In this document: one piece after another, positions 29,874-38,444 of the stretch | How positions within the stretch are numbered: the stretch's first letter is position 1 | Layout: the number at the start of each line of letters is the position of its first letter | NCBI GenBank assembly: GCA_005880445.1 | Contig: VBGJ01000148.1 | Coordinates: 1 to 42,137 of the forward strand | Direction: 5' to 3' | DNA from: Chloroflexota bacterium | Lineage (GTDB): Bacteria > Chloroflexota > Dormibacteria > Aeolococcales > Aeolococcaceae | DNA length: 42,137 nucleotides | Position numbers and translations under genes: made by a program | Notes under the pieces: generated by a model | Database searches by the model: none | The model's input: only the letters and a program-made list of their open reading frames with translations | What the model was told of the DNA's origin: nothing

Positions 29874-30622
29874 ACCCGCTGTTGGTGGTGGGCGCGGCCG
29901 CCGCAGGCGCGGTCGTCGGCCTGGGGTCGGGCCGGCTGGCGGTGCAGCTGGAGCGGATCGAGCGGCTCCGTGAGGAGGAGGACGAGGAACGGCTCGAGTA
30001 CGAGCGCGATGTCGCGGCCGCAGCGGCGACGACACGCGAAGCCGGCGATGATCCACCGGCGGCCGAGCCATGGATCGGGGAGCGCTACGGGTGGACGTGG
30101 CTGGAGCGTGTGCTGTCACCCGTGCTCACGGCGGCCGGATTCACCATCTTCGTCGCGCACGGCAGCGCAGGTGTGGGATTGCTCATCCAACTGGTGTGGC
30201 TCGCGGTGTTCGTCCACATCGTGGCCTTCGACCTGAAGCATCGCCTCATCCTCAATCGACTCACATATCCCGCGATCCTCATCGCGCTGGCGGTGTCGCC
30301 GGTGTCCGCGGGATTGAACCTCGAGCGCGCCGCGATCGGCTGTGCCGGCGTCGCGCTGTTCTTCTTTTTGCAGAACGTACTCTCACGCGGCAGCATCGGT
30401 CTTGGCGACGCGAAATTGGGAGCGCTCGTCGGCGCGGTGACCGGCGCGGGACCTGATCCGGCCCACATCGGCGCGGTCTACGCCGTGATCTACGCAATTC
30501 TTCTCGGTGGAGCGACCGCGCTCGTGCTGCTCGTCCTGCGCGTGCGCCGGCTGAAAGATCCGATTCCATATGGTCCGTTTCTTTGCGCAGGCGCGGCCAT
30601 CATTCTGTACCAAGGTCCATAG
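29870..30622 (+). CDS. A24 family prepilin peptidase-like membrane aspartyl protease
   Basis: Both catalytic Asp regions (FDLKHRLI, GLGDAKL) and IPYGPFL; multi-TM; no N-terminal CxxC zinc domain. Confidence 0.85.
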   Translation: MNPLLVVGAAAAGAVVGLGSGRLAVQLERIERLREEEDEERLEYERDVAAAAATTREAGDDPPAAEPWIGERYGWTWLERVLSPVLTAAGFTIFVAHGSAGVGLLIQLVWLAVFVHIVAFDLKHRLILNRLTYPAILIALAVSPVSAGLNLERAAIGCAGVALFFFLQNVLSRGSIGLGDAKLGALVGAVTGAGPDPAHIGAVYAVIYAILLGGATALVLLVLRVRRLKDPIPYGPFLCAGAAIILYQGP

Positions 30623-30647
30623 CAGGTTCGAGATTCGAGGAAGCACG

Positions 30648-31169
30648 ATGTCCGCACAGTTGATGCCGGGAGAGCGCCCCCTTCTCGTGGCGCGCCAGCA
30701 CTGGTCCGTGGTCGCGCCGCCGTTGGGGGCGGCGCTGGCCGCGCTCGTCATCGGCATCGTCATCCTGGTGCTGATCCCCGCCGCGATAGCAGGATTCGGC
30801 ACGGGTGGAGTCAAACTGACCGCCGGCATCCTGCTCGGGGTGTTCGCGTTCGGATGGGCGGGTCTCGTATACCTCCGCTGGCGCTTCCAGAAATACACTC
30901 TGACCGATCGGCGCATCGTGCTCGAACGTGGCGTGCTGTCGCGCTTGACGGAGTCGATATCGCTTGATCGCATCCAGAACACAGTGATCCGGAGGCCGCT
31001 TGGCGACCGGGTCATCGGCGCGGGTCACATCGACATCGAGTCAGCGGGCCGGGACGGGACCGAGACCCTGCACCGCATCCCCGACGCGGAGACGTTCTAC
31101 GCAACCCTGCTGCAGGCGATCGACTCGCTTCGCCTGGGGCCGGCGCACGCGATGAGCCAGGGGATCTGA
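30648..31169 (+). CDS. Membrane-anchored bacterial PH (bPH_2-like) domain protein
   Basis: LMPGE..L..ARQHW, two TMs, Y.LTDRRIV.ERGVLSR....ISLDRIQN......LGDRVIGAGHI.IESAG. Confidence 0.8.
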   Translation: MSAQLMPGERPLLVARQHWSVVAPPLGAALAALVIGIVILVLIPAAIAGFGTGGVKLTAGILLGVFAFGWAGLVYLRWRFQKYTLTDRRIVLERGVLSRLTESISLDRIQNTVIRRPLGDRVIGAGHIDIESAGRDGTETLHRIPDAETFYATLLQAIDSLRLGPAHAMSQGI

Positions 31170-31185
31170 GCACCGCCCCAGGGCG

Positions 31186-31377
31186 TCAAGCCGGTCGGTG
31201 CGGCGATGCCCGGCGCGCCAGCTCCTCGACGCGTCGCCTGGCCTCGGCGCTCGTGGTCTCCTCGCCCGCGAGGATCACCTCACGGTAGACGCAGATCGCG
31301 GTGACGGCGTCGCCGTTGAGCTCGAACATCCGGGCGACGCGCATCAGCTGTTGCGGCGCGGCGCGTGGGTCGTGCAC
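31186..31377 (-). CDS. Small hypothetical helical (TPR-like) protein
   Basis: 63 aa ORF filling the gap before aroC; ARMFELNGD..TAI.VYREVI...SAEARRRVEEL helix-turn-helix pattern; no clear SD. Confidence 0.4.
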   Translation of the reverse strand: MHDPRAAPQQLMRVARMFELNGDAVTAICVYREVILAGEETTSAEARRRVEELARRASPHRPA

Positions 31378-31446
31378 GACCGGGAGTGTCCCGCCGCTCG
31401 GCGGACGGAGGGCGGACGGTGGGTTCGCACATAGAATCGGGCCAGA

Positions 31447-32607
31447 GTGCTTCGATTTCTCACCGCCGGCGAATCACACGGCCCTCAGCTCACGGTCGTA
31501 ATCGATGGCGTGCCTGCGGGGCTGCGCCTCGACGCCCGCCGCGACATCGACATCGACCTGGAGCGGCGGCAGCGCGGCCACGGCCGGGGCAAGCGCCAGC
31601 AGATCGAGCGGGATTCCGCCCAGTTCACGAGCGGCGTTCGCGGCGGCCGCACGCTCGGGTCACCGATCACGCTGGTCGTCGCCAACCGTGACTGGGAGAA
31701 CTGGAAGGGGCCGATGCAGGTCGACGATCGCGACTTCAAGGCCAAGCGGGTCACCCGCGTGCGCCCAGGACACGCCGACCTGGCCGGTGCCCTCAAGTAC
31801 GGATTCGACGACGCCCGCAACGTGCTGGAGCGCGCCAGTGCTCGCGAGACGGCGGCGCGGGTCGCGGTGGGCGCGGTGGCCAGGGCGCTGCTGCGCACAA
31901 TCGGCGTCGACCTGCACTCGTACGTGCAGCGCATCGGCGAGGTGGCGTTGACCGAGCCGACCGGCGGCGACGTGGACTGGAGCGCGGTGGAGGCATCGCC
32001 GGTGCGCTGCCCGGAGGGCGACGCGAGCCGGCGAATGGTCGAGGCCATCGACGCCGCTCGCGATGCCGGCGACACGCTGGGCGGCACCGCGTATGTCGTC
32101 GCGCGCGGGGTTCCAGCCGGACTTGGCAGCTACGTGCAGTGGGACCGCCGCCTTGACGGGCTCGTCGCTCAGGCGCTGTGCAGCATTCCGTCGGTCAAGG
32201 GAGTGGAGATCGGCGCGGCGGTGTGTGCGGCCCGGTCACGTGGGTCGACGGTGCATGACGTGCCGCGGTTCGACGCGGGACGCGGATTCCACCATCTCAC
32301 CAACCGGCAGGGCGGTATGACCGGAGGCGTGAGCAACGGCGAGGACGTGTGGGCGCTGGTGCACTTCAAGCCCATCTCCACCCTCCTGCAGCCGCTGCGC
32401 AGCGTCGACATGGCGACCGGTGAGGAGATCAACGCGCACTACGAGCGGAGCGACGTGTGCGTCGTGCCTGCCGGCGCGGTGGTGGCCGAAGCGATGCTCG
32501 CGTGGGTCGTCGCGGTCGCCGCGACCGAGAAGTTCGGTGGCGACACCCTCTCGGAGTTCCGGTCGGCAGCGCGGGCGCATCGCCGCGCGGTGCAGCGACT
32601 GCGATGA
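31447..32607 (+). CDS. aroC: Chorismate synthase
   Basis: LRFLTAGESHG, RPGHADL, ERASARETAARVA, SIPSVKGVEIG, FKPIST, ERSD; TAGAAT 9 nt upstream of the GTG. Confidence 0.97.
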   Translation: MLRFLTAGESHGPQLTVVIDGVPAGLRLDARRDIDIDLERRQRGHGRGKRQQIERDSAQFTSGVRGGRTLGSPITLVVANRDWENWKGPMQVDDRDFKAKRVTRVRPGHADLAGALKYGFDDARNVLERASARETAARVAVGAVARALLRTIGVDLHSYVQRIGEVALTEPTGGDVDWSAVEASPVRCPEGDASRRMVEAIDAARDAGDTLGGTAYVVARGVPAGLGSYVQWDRRLDGLVAQALCSIPSVKGVEIGAAVCAARSRGSTVHDVPRFDAGRGFHHLTNRQGGMTGGVSNGEDVWALVHFKPISTLLQPLRSVDMATGEEINAHYERSDVCVVPAGAVVAEAMLAWVVAVAATEKFGGDTLSEFRSAARAHRRAVQRLR

Positions 32608-34181
32608 GCGAGATCCATGCGGTTGCGCTCACGGGGCTGCCCGGCAGCGGCAAGTCTTCCGTCGGCCGTGTCCTGGCGGAGCAGCTCCGGTGGTCGTGCG
32701 TGGACCTCGACGACGAGATCGCATCGCACGCAGGGCGTCCCATCGCGGCGATCTTCGACGAGCTCGGCGAGCCGGCGTTCCGCGATCTCGAGCTCGCCGC
32801 GATGCGGCGCGCCCTGATGTCGGAGCAGCCGGTGGTGATCGCGTGCGGCGGCGGGCTGATCGCCGAGGAACAGGCACGGCGCGAGCTGCTCGCGCGCGCG
32901 TACGTCGTCTGGCTCGACGCGTCCGACGCTGTGCTGAGCGATCGACTCGGCGACCGCAGCGGCAGGCCGCTGCTCCGAGAGGGCCCCGAGGCCGCACTGA
33001 CGGGACTCCGTGCGGACCGCCAGCGCTGGTACTCGCTCGCGCATCTTCGCGTCGACGCGAGTGCTCCGGTGCCGGTGACGGCACGGCGAATCGCCGTCGC
33101 CATCGGCGGCAGCGTGAGCGTGCCGGCCCCCGGCCGGACCTACCTCGTGGCCGTGCGACCCGGCGCGCTGCTCGATGTCAGCCTGCACGTGCCAGGCGGC
33201 GCCGGGCGCGTGGCAGTCGTCACCGACAGGCGCGTGCGCCCCGCCGCGCGAAGGCTGGCGACAGGGATACGCGCGACGGGTCGCCGGGTCACGGTCATGG
33301 GTGTCGCCGGTGGAGAGCGTCTCAAGACGTGGCCGGCGGCCGGCCGCCTCGTCCGGCAGCTGTCGGCCGCGGGCCTGCGGCGGCACGATTGCGTGATCGC
33401 CCTCGGCGGCGGCACGGTCGGGGACGTCACCGGCTTCGCTGCCGCCACCTACCTCCGCGGCATCGCGTGGATCAACGTCCCGACGACGCTCCTCGCGATG
33501 GTCGACAGCGCGGTCGGTGGGAAGACCGGTGTGAACCTGCCTCGTGGCAAGAATCTCGCGGGCGCCTTCTGGCAGCCGCGCGCCGTGGTCTGCGACCCAG
33601 AGCTGCTGATGTCGCTCAGCACCCGCGCGTACCGCGCAGCTCTTGCCGAGATTGTCAAATACGCGATGATCGCCGAGGATGGCCTCGTCGCCTTGCTCGA
33701 TGATCGACTCGAGCGTTTGCTCAGTCGCGATGCCGAGGTGATCGCGGAAGCCGTCCGCCGATCCTTGGCCATCAAGGCGCACGTGGTCGCCGCGGATGAG
33801 CGGGATACCGGGCTCCGCGCGATCCTCAACTACGGTCACACTGTGGGTCATGCATTGGAGGCAGCGACTGGTTTCGGCGAGGATCTCAATCACGGCGAGG
33901 CGATTGCCGCGGGCATGCGCGTGGCGGGAAAGCTCAGCGTGGGCGCGCTCGGTTGCCCTGCGCCGCACATCGCGTGGCAGGACGAGGTGCTCCGGCGTGC
34001 GGGGCTCGACCGCATCCCTCGCGTCGACCCATCGGCGGTGATGCGATCGATGGCCGCAGACAAGAAAGCACAGGACGACGGTGTGGGTTGGGTCCTGCTG
34101 GAACGCCGCGGGCGCCCGCGTTTTGGCCAGCTCGTGCCAGAAGAGGCGGTGTGCACAGCGCTCAGCCAGGTCCTGGCATGA
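32604..34181 (+). CDS. aroKB: Bifunctional shikimate kinase / 3-dehydroquinate synthase
   Basis: N-terminal GLPGSGKSSVG, DLD, GEPAFR, GGG, RPLL; C-terminal GGGTVGDVTGF, PTTLLAMVDSAVGGKTG, LNYGHT.GHALE, HGEAIA. Confidence 0.94.
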   Translation: MSEIHAVALTGLPGSGKSSVGRVLAEQLRWSCVDLDDEIASHAGRPIAAIFDELGEPAFRDLELAAMRRALMSEQPVVIACGGGLIAEEQARRELLARAYVVWLDASDAVLSDRLGDRSGRPLLREGPEAALTGLRADRQRWYSLAHLRVDASAPVPVTARRIAVAIGGSVSVPAPGRTYLVAVRPGALLDVSLHVPGGAGRVAVVTDRRVRPAARRLATGIRATGRRVTVMGVAGGERLKTWPAAGRLVRQLSAAGLRRHDCVIALGGGTVGDVTGFAAATYLRGIAWINVPTTLLAMVDSAVGGKTGVNLPRGKNLAGAFWQPRAVVCDPELLMSLSTRAYRAALAEIVKYAMIAEDGLVALLDDRLERLLSRDAEVIAEAVRRSLAIKAHVVAADERDTGLRAILNYGHTVGHALEAATGFGEDLNHGEAIAAGMRVAGKLSVGALGCPAPHIAWQDEVLRRAGLDRIPRVDPSAVMRSMAADKKAQDDGVGWVLLERRGRPRFGQLVPEEAVCTALSQVLA

Positions 34182-34639
34182 CCAGGATCTTGGTGCTCAA
34201 CGGGCCGAACCTCGGGACGCTCGGCACCCGCGAGCCCAAGCTGTACGGCACTGCCACGCTGGCCGACATCGAGTCCGCGGTGAGAGAGCGTGCCGCGGAG
34301 CTCGGCGTCATCCTCCGTTTCGCGCAGAGCAATCACGAGGGAGAGCTGATCGACATCCTCGAAGCCGAGCGATCGCGGGCTGACGGCTGTGTCATCAATC
34401 CCGGCGGCCTGAGCCACACGAGCCTCGCGCTTGCCGACGCTCTGCGCGCCTTCTCCCGCCCGGTGATCGAGGTGCACATCACGAACATCTACGCGCGAGA
34501 GCCGGACCGGCGCGTCTCGCGCACCGCGGAGGCCGCCACGGGCGTGGTCGCCGGCCTCGGGGCCGACGGCTACGTGCTCGCGCTGGAGGGCCTGACCCGG
34601 CTGCTGACCGGCGTGGCGGTGCGGGCCGAGAGCGGATGA
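34178..34639 (+). CDS. aroQ: Type II 3-dehydroquinate dehydratase
   Basis: LNGPNL..LG.REP.LYG, QSNHEGELID, INPGG.SHTS, EVHITN...RE. Confidence 0.96.
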   Translation: MTRILVLNGPNLGTLGTREPKLYGTATLADIESAVRERAAELGVILRFAQSNHEGELIDILEAERSRADGCVINPGGLSHTSLALADALRAFSRPVIEVHITNIYAREPDRRVSRTAEAATGVVAGLGADGYVLALEGLTRLLTGVAVRAESG

Positions 34640-35193
34640 TCACCGCCGGCGACCTGCGACCGGGGAACACCGTGGCCCGCGGCCGAGACCTGCTCCAGGT
34701 GCTCGATTTCGCGCACGTGAAGCAGGGTCGCGGCACCGCATTCGTGCGGACGAAGCTCAAGAACCTCGCCAGCGGAGCCGTCACCGAGGAGACATTCCGG
34801 CCGGAGGAGAAATTCGGCCGCGTGCGCATCGAACGCACGGAGGCTCAATATCTCTACCGAGACGGCGACAATTACGTGGTCATGGACACAACCACGTTCG
34901 ATCAATTCCCACTGCCACCGTCGCTGCTCGGCGAGGCGGTGAACTATCTGAAGGAGAGCGACTCGGTGTTCCTGCTCCAGTACGAGGGACGCATTCTCGG
35001 TGTGGAGCTGCCGACCGCCGTCGAGCTGGCGGTCACGGAGACCGAGCCGGGCTTCAAGGGCGACACGGCCAACGCCGCGTTCAAGCCGGCGACGCTCGAG
35101 ACCGGCCTGGTCGTCGACGTGCCGCTGTTCGTCAATCAGGGAGACCGCGTGCGCGTCGACACGCGCAGTGGTCGCTATCTGGAGCGCGCATGA
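34636..35193 (+). CDS. efp: Elongation factor P
   Basis: DLRPG, HVKQGRG.AFVRTKLKN, QYLY.DG, TEPGFKGDTA, KPATLETG..V.VPLF. Confidence 0.97.
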   Translation: MITAGDLRPGNTVARGRDLLQVLDFAHVKQGRGTAFVRTKLKNLASGAVTEETFRPEEKFGRVRIERTEAQYLYRDGDNYVVMDTTTFDQFPLPPSLLGEAVNYLKESDSVFLLQYEGRILGVELPTAVELAVTETEPGFKGDTANAAFKPATLETGLVVDVPLFVNQGDRVRVDTRSGRYLERA

Positions 35194-35582
35194 TGCCCGA
35201 CCCGTCCAGCGCCGGCGGTTCCCTGCAGCTCGGCGACGCGAATGGGCGCTCCCCTCTGGGGACGACCCGCGTCGCCAACGAGGTGGTGGCGTCCATAGCC
35301 GCACTCGCCGCGCTTCAGGTGGCCGGCGTGCACGCCATGTATCACCCGGGTTCGCAGCCGATCGAACGCATCGTGCGCCGGTCTCAGGCGCATCGAGGGG
35401 TGCGCGTCGAGCTCGTCGATGACGCGCTGCGACTCGACATGTTCATCGTGATGGAAGCCGGCGGCAGCGTGCCCGCCGTGGGCGCTGAGATACAGCGCCG
35501 CGTCGTGGATGCGGTGGATCGCATGCTCGACCTGCGCGTCGCCGAGGCCAACGTGTTCGTCAGCGAGGTCGTCTTCACGTGA
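35190..35582 (+). CDS. Asp23/Gls24 family protein (YqhY-like)
   Basis: G.TRVANEVVASIAALAALQV.GV, RGVRVE, IQRRV.DAV..M..L.V.E.NV.V; lies between efp and nusB. Confidence 0.88.
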   Translation: MMPDPSSAGGSLQLGDANGRSPLGTTRVANEVVASIAALAALQVAGVHAMYHPGSQPIERIVRRSQAHRGVRVELVDDALRLDMFIVMEAGGSVPAVGAEIQRRVVDAVDRMLDLRVAEANVFVSEVVFT

Positions 35583-36004
35583 CCACCGCGACTCACGGCG
35601 CGGGACGGAGGCGTCGGGGTCGCGAGCTGGCGCTTCGGGTCCTGTTCGAGCTGGAGGGTACGGTCAAGGACGCGAACTGGGCGCTCGACTATCAGTCCCG
35701 TGACCTCGGCGCCACACCAGACGTGGTGGCGTTCGGGCGCCGCATCGTCATCGGCTGTCTGGCGCACATCTCCGCCGTCGACTCGGCGATAGCCGACGCC
35801 AGCGAGAACTGGGCGCTGACCGATCTCGGAAAGGTGGAACGCGCGGTCCTGCGTCTCGGCACGTATGAGCTGCTGTTCGAAAAGGAGACGCCGGTGGCGG
35901 TGGTCATCGACGAGTCGGTGGAGCTTGCGAAAGCGTACGCGGGCGAGGAGGCCGTGCAGTTCGTGAACGGAGTGCTGGGCCACGTTGCCCGCCAGCGCGT
36001 GTGA
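35579..36004 (+). CDS. nusB: Transcription antitermination factor NusB
   Basis: RRRRGRELAL..LF, W.L..L.KVERAVLRLG.YEL, P.AVVIDESVELAK.Y, FVNGVLG. Confidence 0.96.
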   Translation: MTTATHGAGRRRRGRELALRVLFELEGTVKDANWALDYQSRDLGATPDVVAFGRRIVIGCLAHISAVDSAIADASENWALTDLGKVERAVLRLGTYELLFEKETPVAVVIDESVELAKAYAGEEAVQFVNGVLGHVARQRV

Positions 36005-36014
36005 GGAGCCCCAC

Positions 36015-37355
36015 ATGACGAGAGCGCCGTATTCGGTGAGCGACTTCACCACGCTGGTGCGCGACGCGCTCGCGGTGCGGCCCGAGCTCGAGGACGTTCT
36101 TGTCGAGGGCGAGGTGAGCAACCTGAAGCCGCACTCGTCCGGTCATCTGTACTTCACGCTTAAGGACTCGCGCGCTCAGCTTTCGTGCGTTTGCTTTCGC
36201 AGCAACGCGCTGCGCATCCCGTTCAAGCCTGAGAACGGCATGACCGTGGTGGCGCATGGCGCGGTGCAGGTGTACGAGGCGCAGGGGCGCTACCAGCTGT
36301 ATGTCGACCGAATGGATCCCAGCGGCGTCGGCGCTCTCGCGCTGGCCATCGAGCAACTGAAGCGCGCGCTCGGGGCGGCGGGTCTGTTCGACGAGCGCCA
36401 CAAGCGTCCGCTGCCGCTGCTGCCGCGCCGGGTGGTCGTTGTCACGTCACGCACCGGAGCCGCCCTCCGTGATGTCTACACGGTGATGACGCGGCGTGCG
36501 CCTGGCATCGACATCGTCCTCTCGCCGGCGACGGTGCAGGGGGAGGGCGCGGCCGAGACGATAGCGAGGGCGATCCAGCGGGCCGACCAGGTGGCCGGTG
36601 CCGGCGTGATCCTGTTGGTTCGTGGCGGCGGCGCGCTCGAAGACCTGATGCCCTTCAACACCGAGGCGGTGGCGCGTGCGATCCGAGCGGCCCGGCTGCC
36701 GGTGGTCACGGGGATCGGACACGAGACCGACACGACGATCGCCGATCTGGCGGCCGATCGGCGCGCAGCCACGCCGTCGGCGGCGGCCGAGCTCGTCGCC
36801 CCCAGCGCCGCAGCGCTGCACGGAGAGCTCGCAGGATGGACGCTCCGTCTGGGCCAGGGCGTCCGTGCCGGCGTGCTGCAGCATCGCCGGCGCCTCGACG
36901 CGACGGCGGCCAGGCTCGAGCGTCTCTCGCCCGGTCACCGTGTGGGTGGAATGAGGCAGGACCTGGATCGCCGCGCGGATCTGCTGCGCCACGCATTGCT
37001 GCTCGAGATCACCGCCAAACGGCGGCGTCTCGACGCCGCGCGGGGCGGCCTGCGGGAGCATCAGCCGGCCCATCGCCTCGCCGCCGCCCGGGCCTCCATC
37101 GGGCGATACGGCGAGCGGCTGGTCGCGGCGGGTCATCGCCAGGTCGAGACCCGGCGCGGCGCACTCGAGGCGCGCGGAGCCCGCCTCGACGCGCTCTCGC
37201 CCCGGCGGACGCTGGAGCGCGGCTATTCGATCACGCTCGACTCCGGCCGGCGGGTCGTCACCACGTCCGAAGCAGTGCGACCCGGCGAGCGCATCCGTAC
37301 AGTCCTCAGCAGCGGTGAGGTGGACAGTGACGTGGTCGAGCGGCATGACCGGTGA
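36015..37355 (+). CDS. xseA: Exodeoxyribonuclease VII large subunit
   Basis: VEGEVSN, SGHLYFTLKD, VTSRTGAA.RD, RGGG.LEDL..FN, GIGHETD.TIADL.AD.RAATPS, LSP..TLERGYS; GAGGAG SD. Confidence 0.96.
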   Translation: MTRAPYSVSDFTTLVRDALAVRPELEDVLVEGEVSNLKPHSSGHLYFTLKDSRAQLSCVCFRSNALRIPFKPENGMTVVAHGAVQVYEAQGRYQLYVDRMDPSGVGALALAIEQLKRALGAAGLFDERHKRPLPLLPRRVVVVTSRTGAALRDVYTVMTRRAPGIDIVLSPATVQGEGAAETIARAIQRADQVAGAGVILLVRGGGALEDLMPFNTEAVARAIRAARLPVVTGIGHETDTTIADLAADRRAATPSAAAELVAPSAAALHGELAGWTLRLGQGVRAGVLQHRRRLDATAARLERLSPGHRVGGMRQDLDRRADLLRHALLLEITAKRRRLDAARGGLREHQPAHRLAAARASIGRYGERLVAAGHRQVETRRGALEARGARLDALSPRRTLERGYSITLDSGRRVVTTSEAVRPGERIRTVLSSGEVDSDVVERHDR

Positions 37356-37380
37356 CGGCCGGATCGAACGGATGTACGAT
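37352..37380 (+). promoter_or_regulatory. Putative sigma-A promoter overlapped by a LexA-like box
   Basis: GTGACG (37352-37357)-N17-TACGAT (37375-37380); TCGAAC-GGAT-GTACGA (37364-37379) is one mismatch from TCGAAC-N4-GTTCGA. Confidence 0.55.
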
Positions 37381-37403
37381 ACGACGATGGTGCGAACACC
37401 GGC

Positions 37404-37630
37404 ATGAGCACGGTCGAGCCTGACGACGCGGCACGCGGCTGGCTCGCCACTGCGCGGAGCTGCTGGACCGCACCGAGCGTCGTGTCAATGCGCTGGTCGT
37501 CGGCGGCGATGGAAGGATGACCGAGCGACCCCTGGACATGGCCGACACCGACGCCGGGCCGGCGCCTCCGGGCGACCTCGCCGAGCGGCGTACGCCGGCG
37601 CCGGTGGATCCCAACGACATTCCCTTTTGA
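37404..37630 (+). pseudogene. xseB: Exodeoxyribonuclease VII small subunit, disrupted by an apparent internal deletion/frameshift
   Basis: Frame from 37430 reads GTRLARHCAELLDRTERRV...PVDPNDIPF* (XseB second helix) but has an in-frame TGA at 37421; MSTVEPDDA starts at 37404 in another frame; the first helix (FE..L..LE.IV..LE) is absent. Confidence 0.75.
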
Positions 37631-37667
37631 CTGCGCAGATACACGGATCTGTGTAAGAATGCCAGCG

Positions 37668-38444
37668 ATGAGCACCGCCGCCGTGCGTCAGAGACTTGAC
37701 CAGGCGCTGGTCGAGCGAGCGCTGGCCCCGAGCCGGGAGCGTGCGCAGGCTCTGATCGCGTCGGGCCTCGTTGAGGTGGACGGCGCCGCGGCGCGCAGCG
37801 CGGCGATGCAGGTGACCGCCGCGGCGGGCGTCCGGGTCCTCGGACGTGACCACCCGTGGGCGAGCCGCGGCGGGTTGAAGCTCGATGCCGCGCTCGACGC
37901 GCTCCACATCGAGTGCCGTGGGCGCATCTGCCTCGACGCCGGCGCGTCGACTGGCGGCTTCACCGACGTCCTCCTCGCGCGCGGCGCGGACCTCGTGTAC
38001 GCGGTCGACGTCGGCCACGGTCTCCTGGATGGGCGGTTGGCGTCGGACCGGAGGGTCCGGGTGCTGGATCGAACGAACCTGCGCACCCTGCAGACCGTCC
38101 CAGGGCCGTCGCCGGATCTCGTGACGCTCGACCTCTCGTTCATCTCACTGCGCCTCGTGATGCCGGCGGTGGTCAACCTCGCCGCGCGTCCGGCCGACGT
38201 CATCGCGCTGTTCAAGCCGCAGTTCGAGCTGGGCCGCGAAGCCGTAGGGCGCGGCGGCGTGGTGCGCAACGCGTCTCTCGCGCAAGCCGCCGCCGACCAG
38301 TTTTTGCAATGGATGTCAGCAACATTCGGCGCACGTGTCCTGCACGAGCCACTGCAGGCAGCCGTCCGCGGCGCCAAGGGCAATCAGGAGTGGATCACGC
38401 ACGTGCGTCTCGACGGCGAGGGCGTCGCGGAGCCCGGCATATGA
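37668..38444 (+). CDS. tlyA: TlyA family rRNA 2'-O-methyltransferase
   Basis: S4 domain RLDQALVER.LA.SRERAQ, SRGGLKL, LDAGASTGGFTD, VDVG, DLSFISL, KPQFE, G.KGNQE. Confidence 0.95.
   Translation: MSTAAVRQRLDQALVERALAPSRERAQALIASGLVEVDGAAARSAAMQVTAAAGVRVLGRDHPWASRGGLKLDAALDALHIECRGRICLDAGASTGGFTDVLLARGADLVYAVDVGHGLLDGRLASDRRVRVLDRTNLRTLQTVPGPSPDLVTLDLSFISLRLVMPAVVNLAARPADVIALFKPQFELGREAVGRGGVVRNASLAQAAADQFLQWMSATFGARVLHEPLQAAVRGAKGNQEWITHVRLDGEGVAEPGI

Noticed and set aside
32604-34181. aroK-aroB fusion as a novelty
   Set aside because: This fusion is known in several bacterial lineages.
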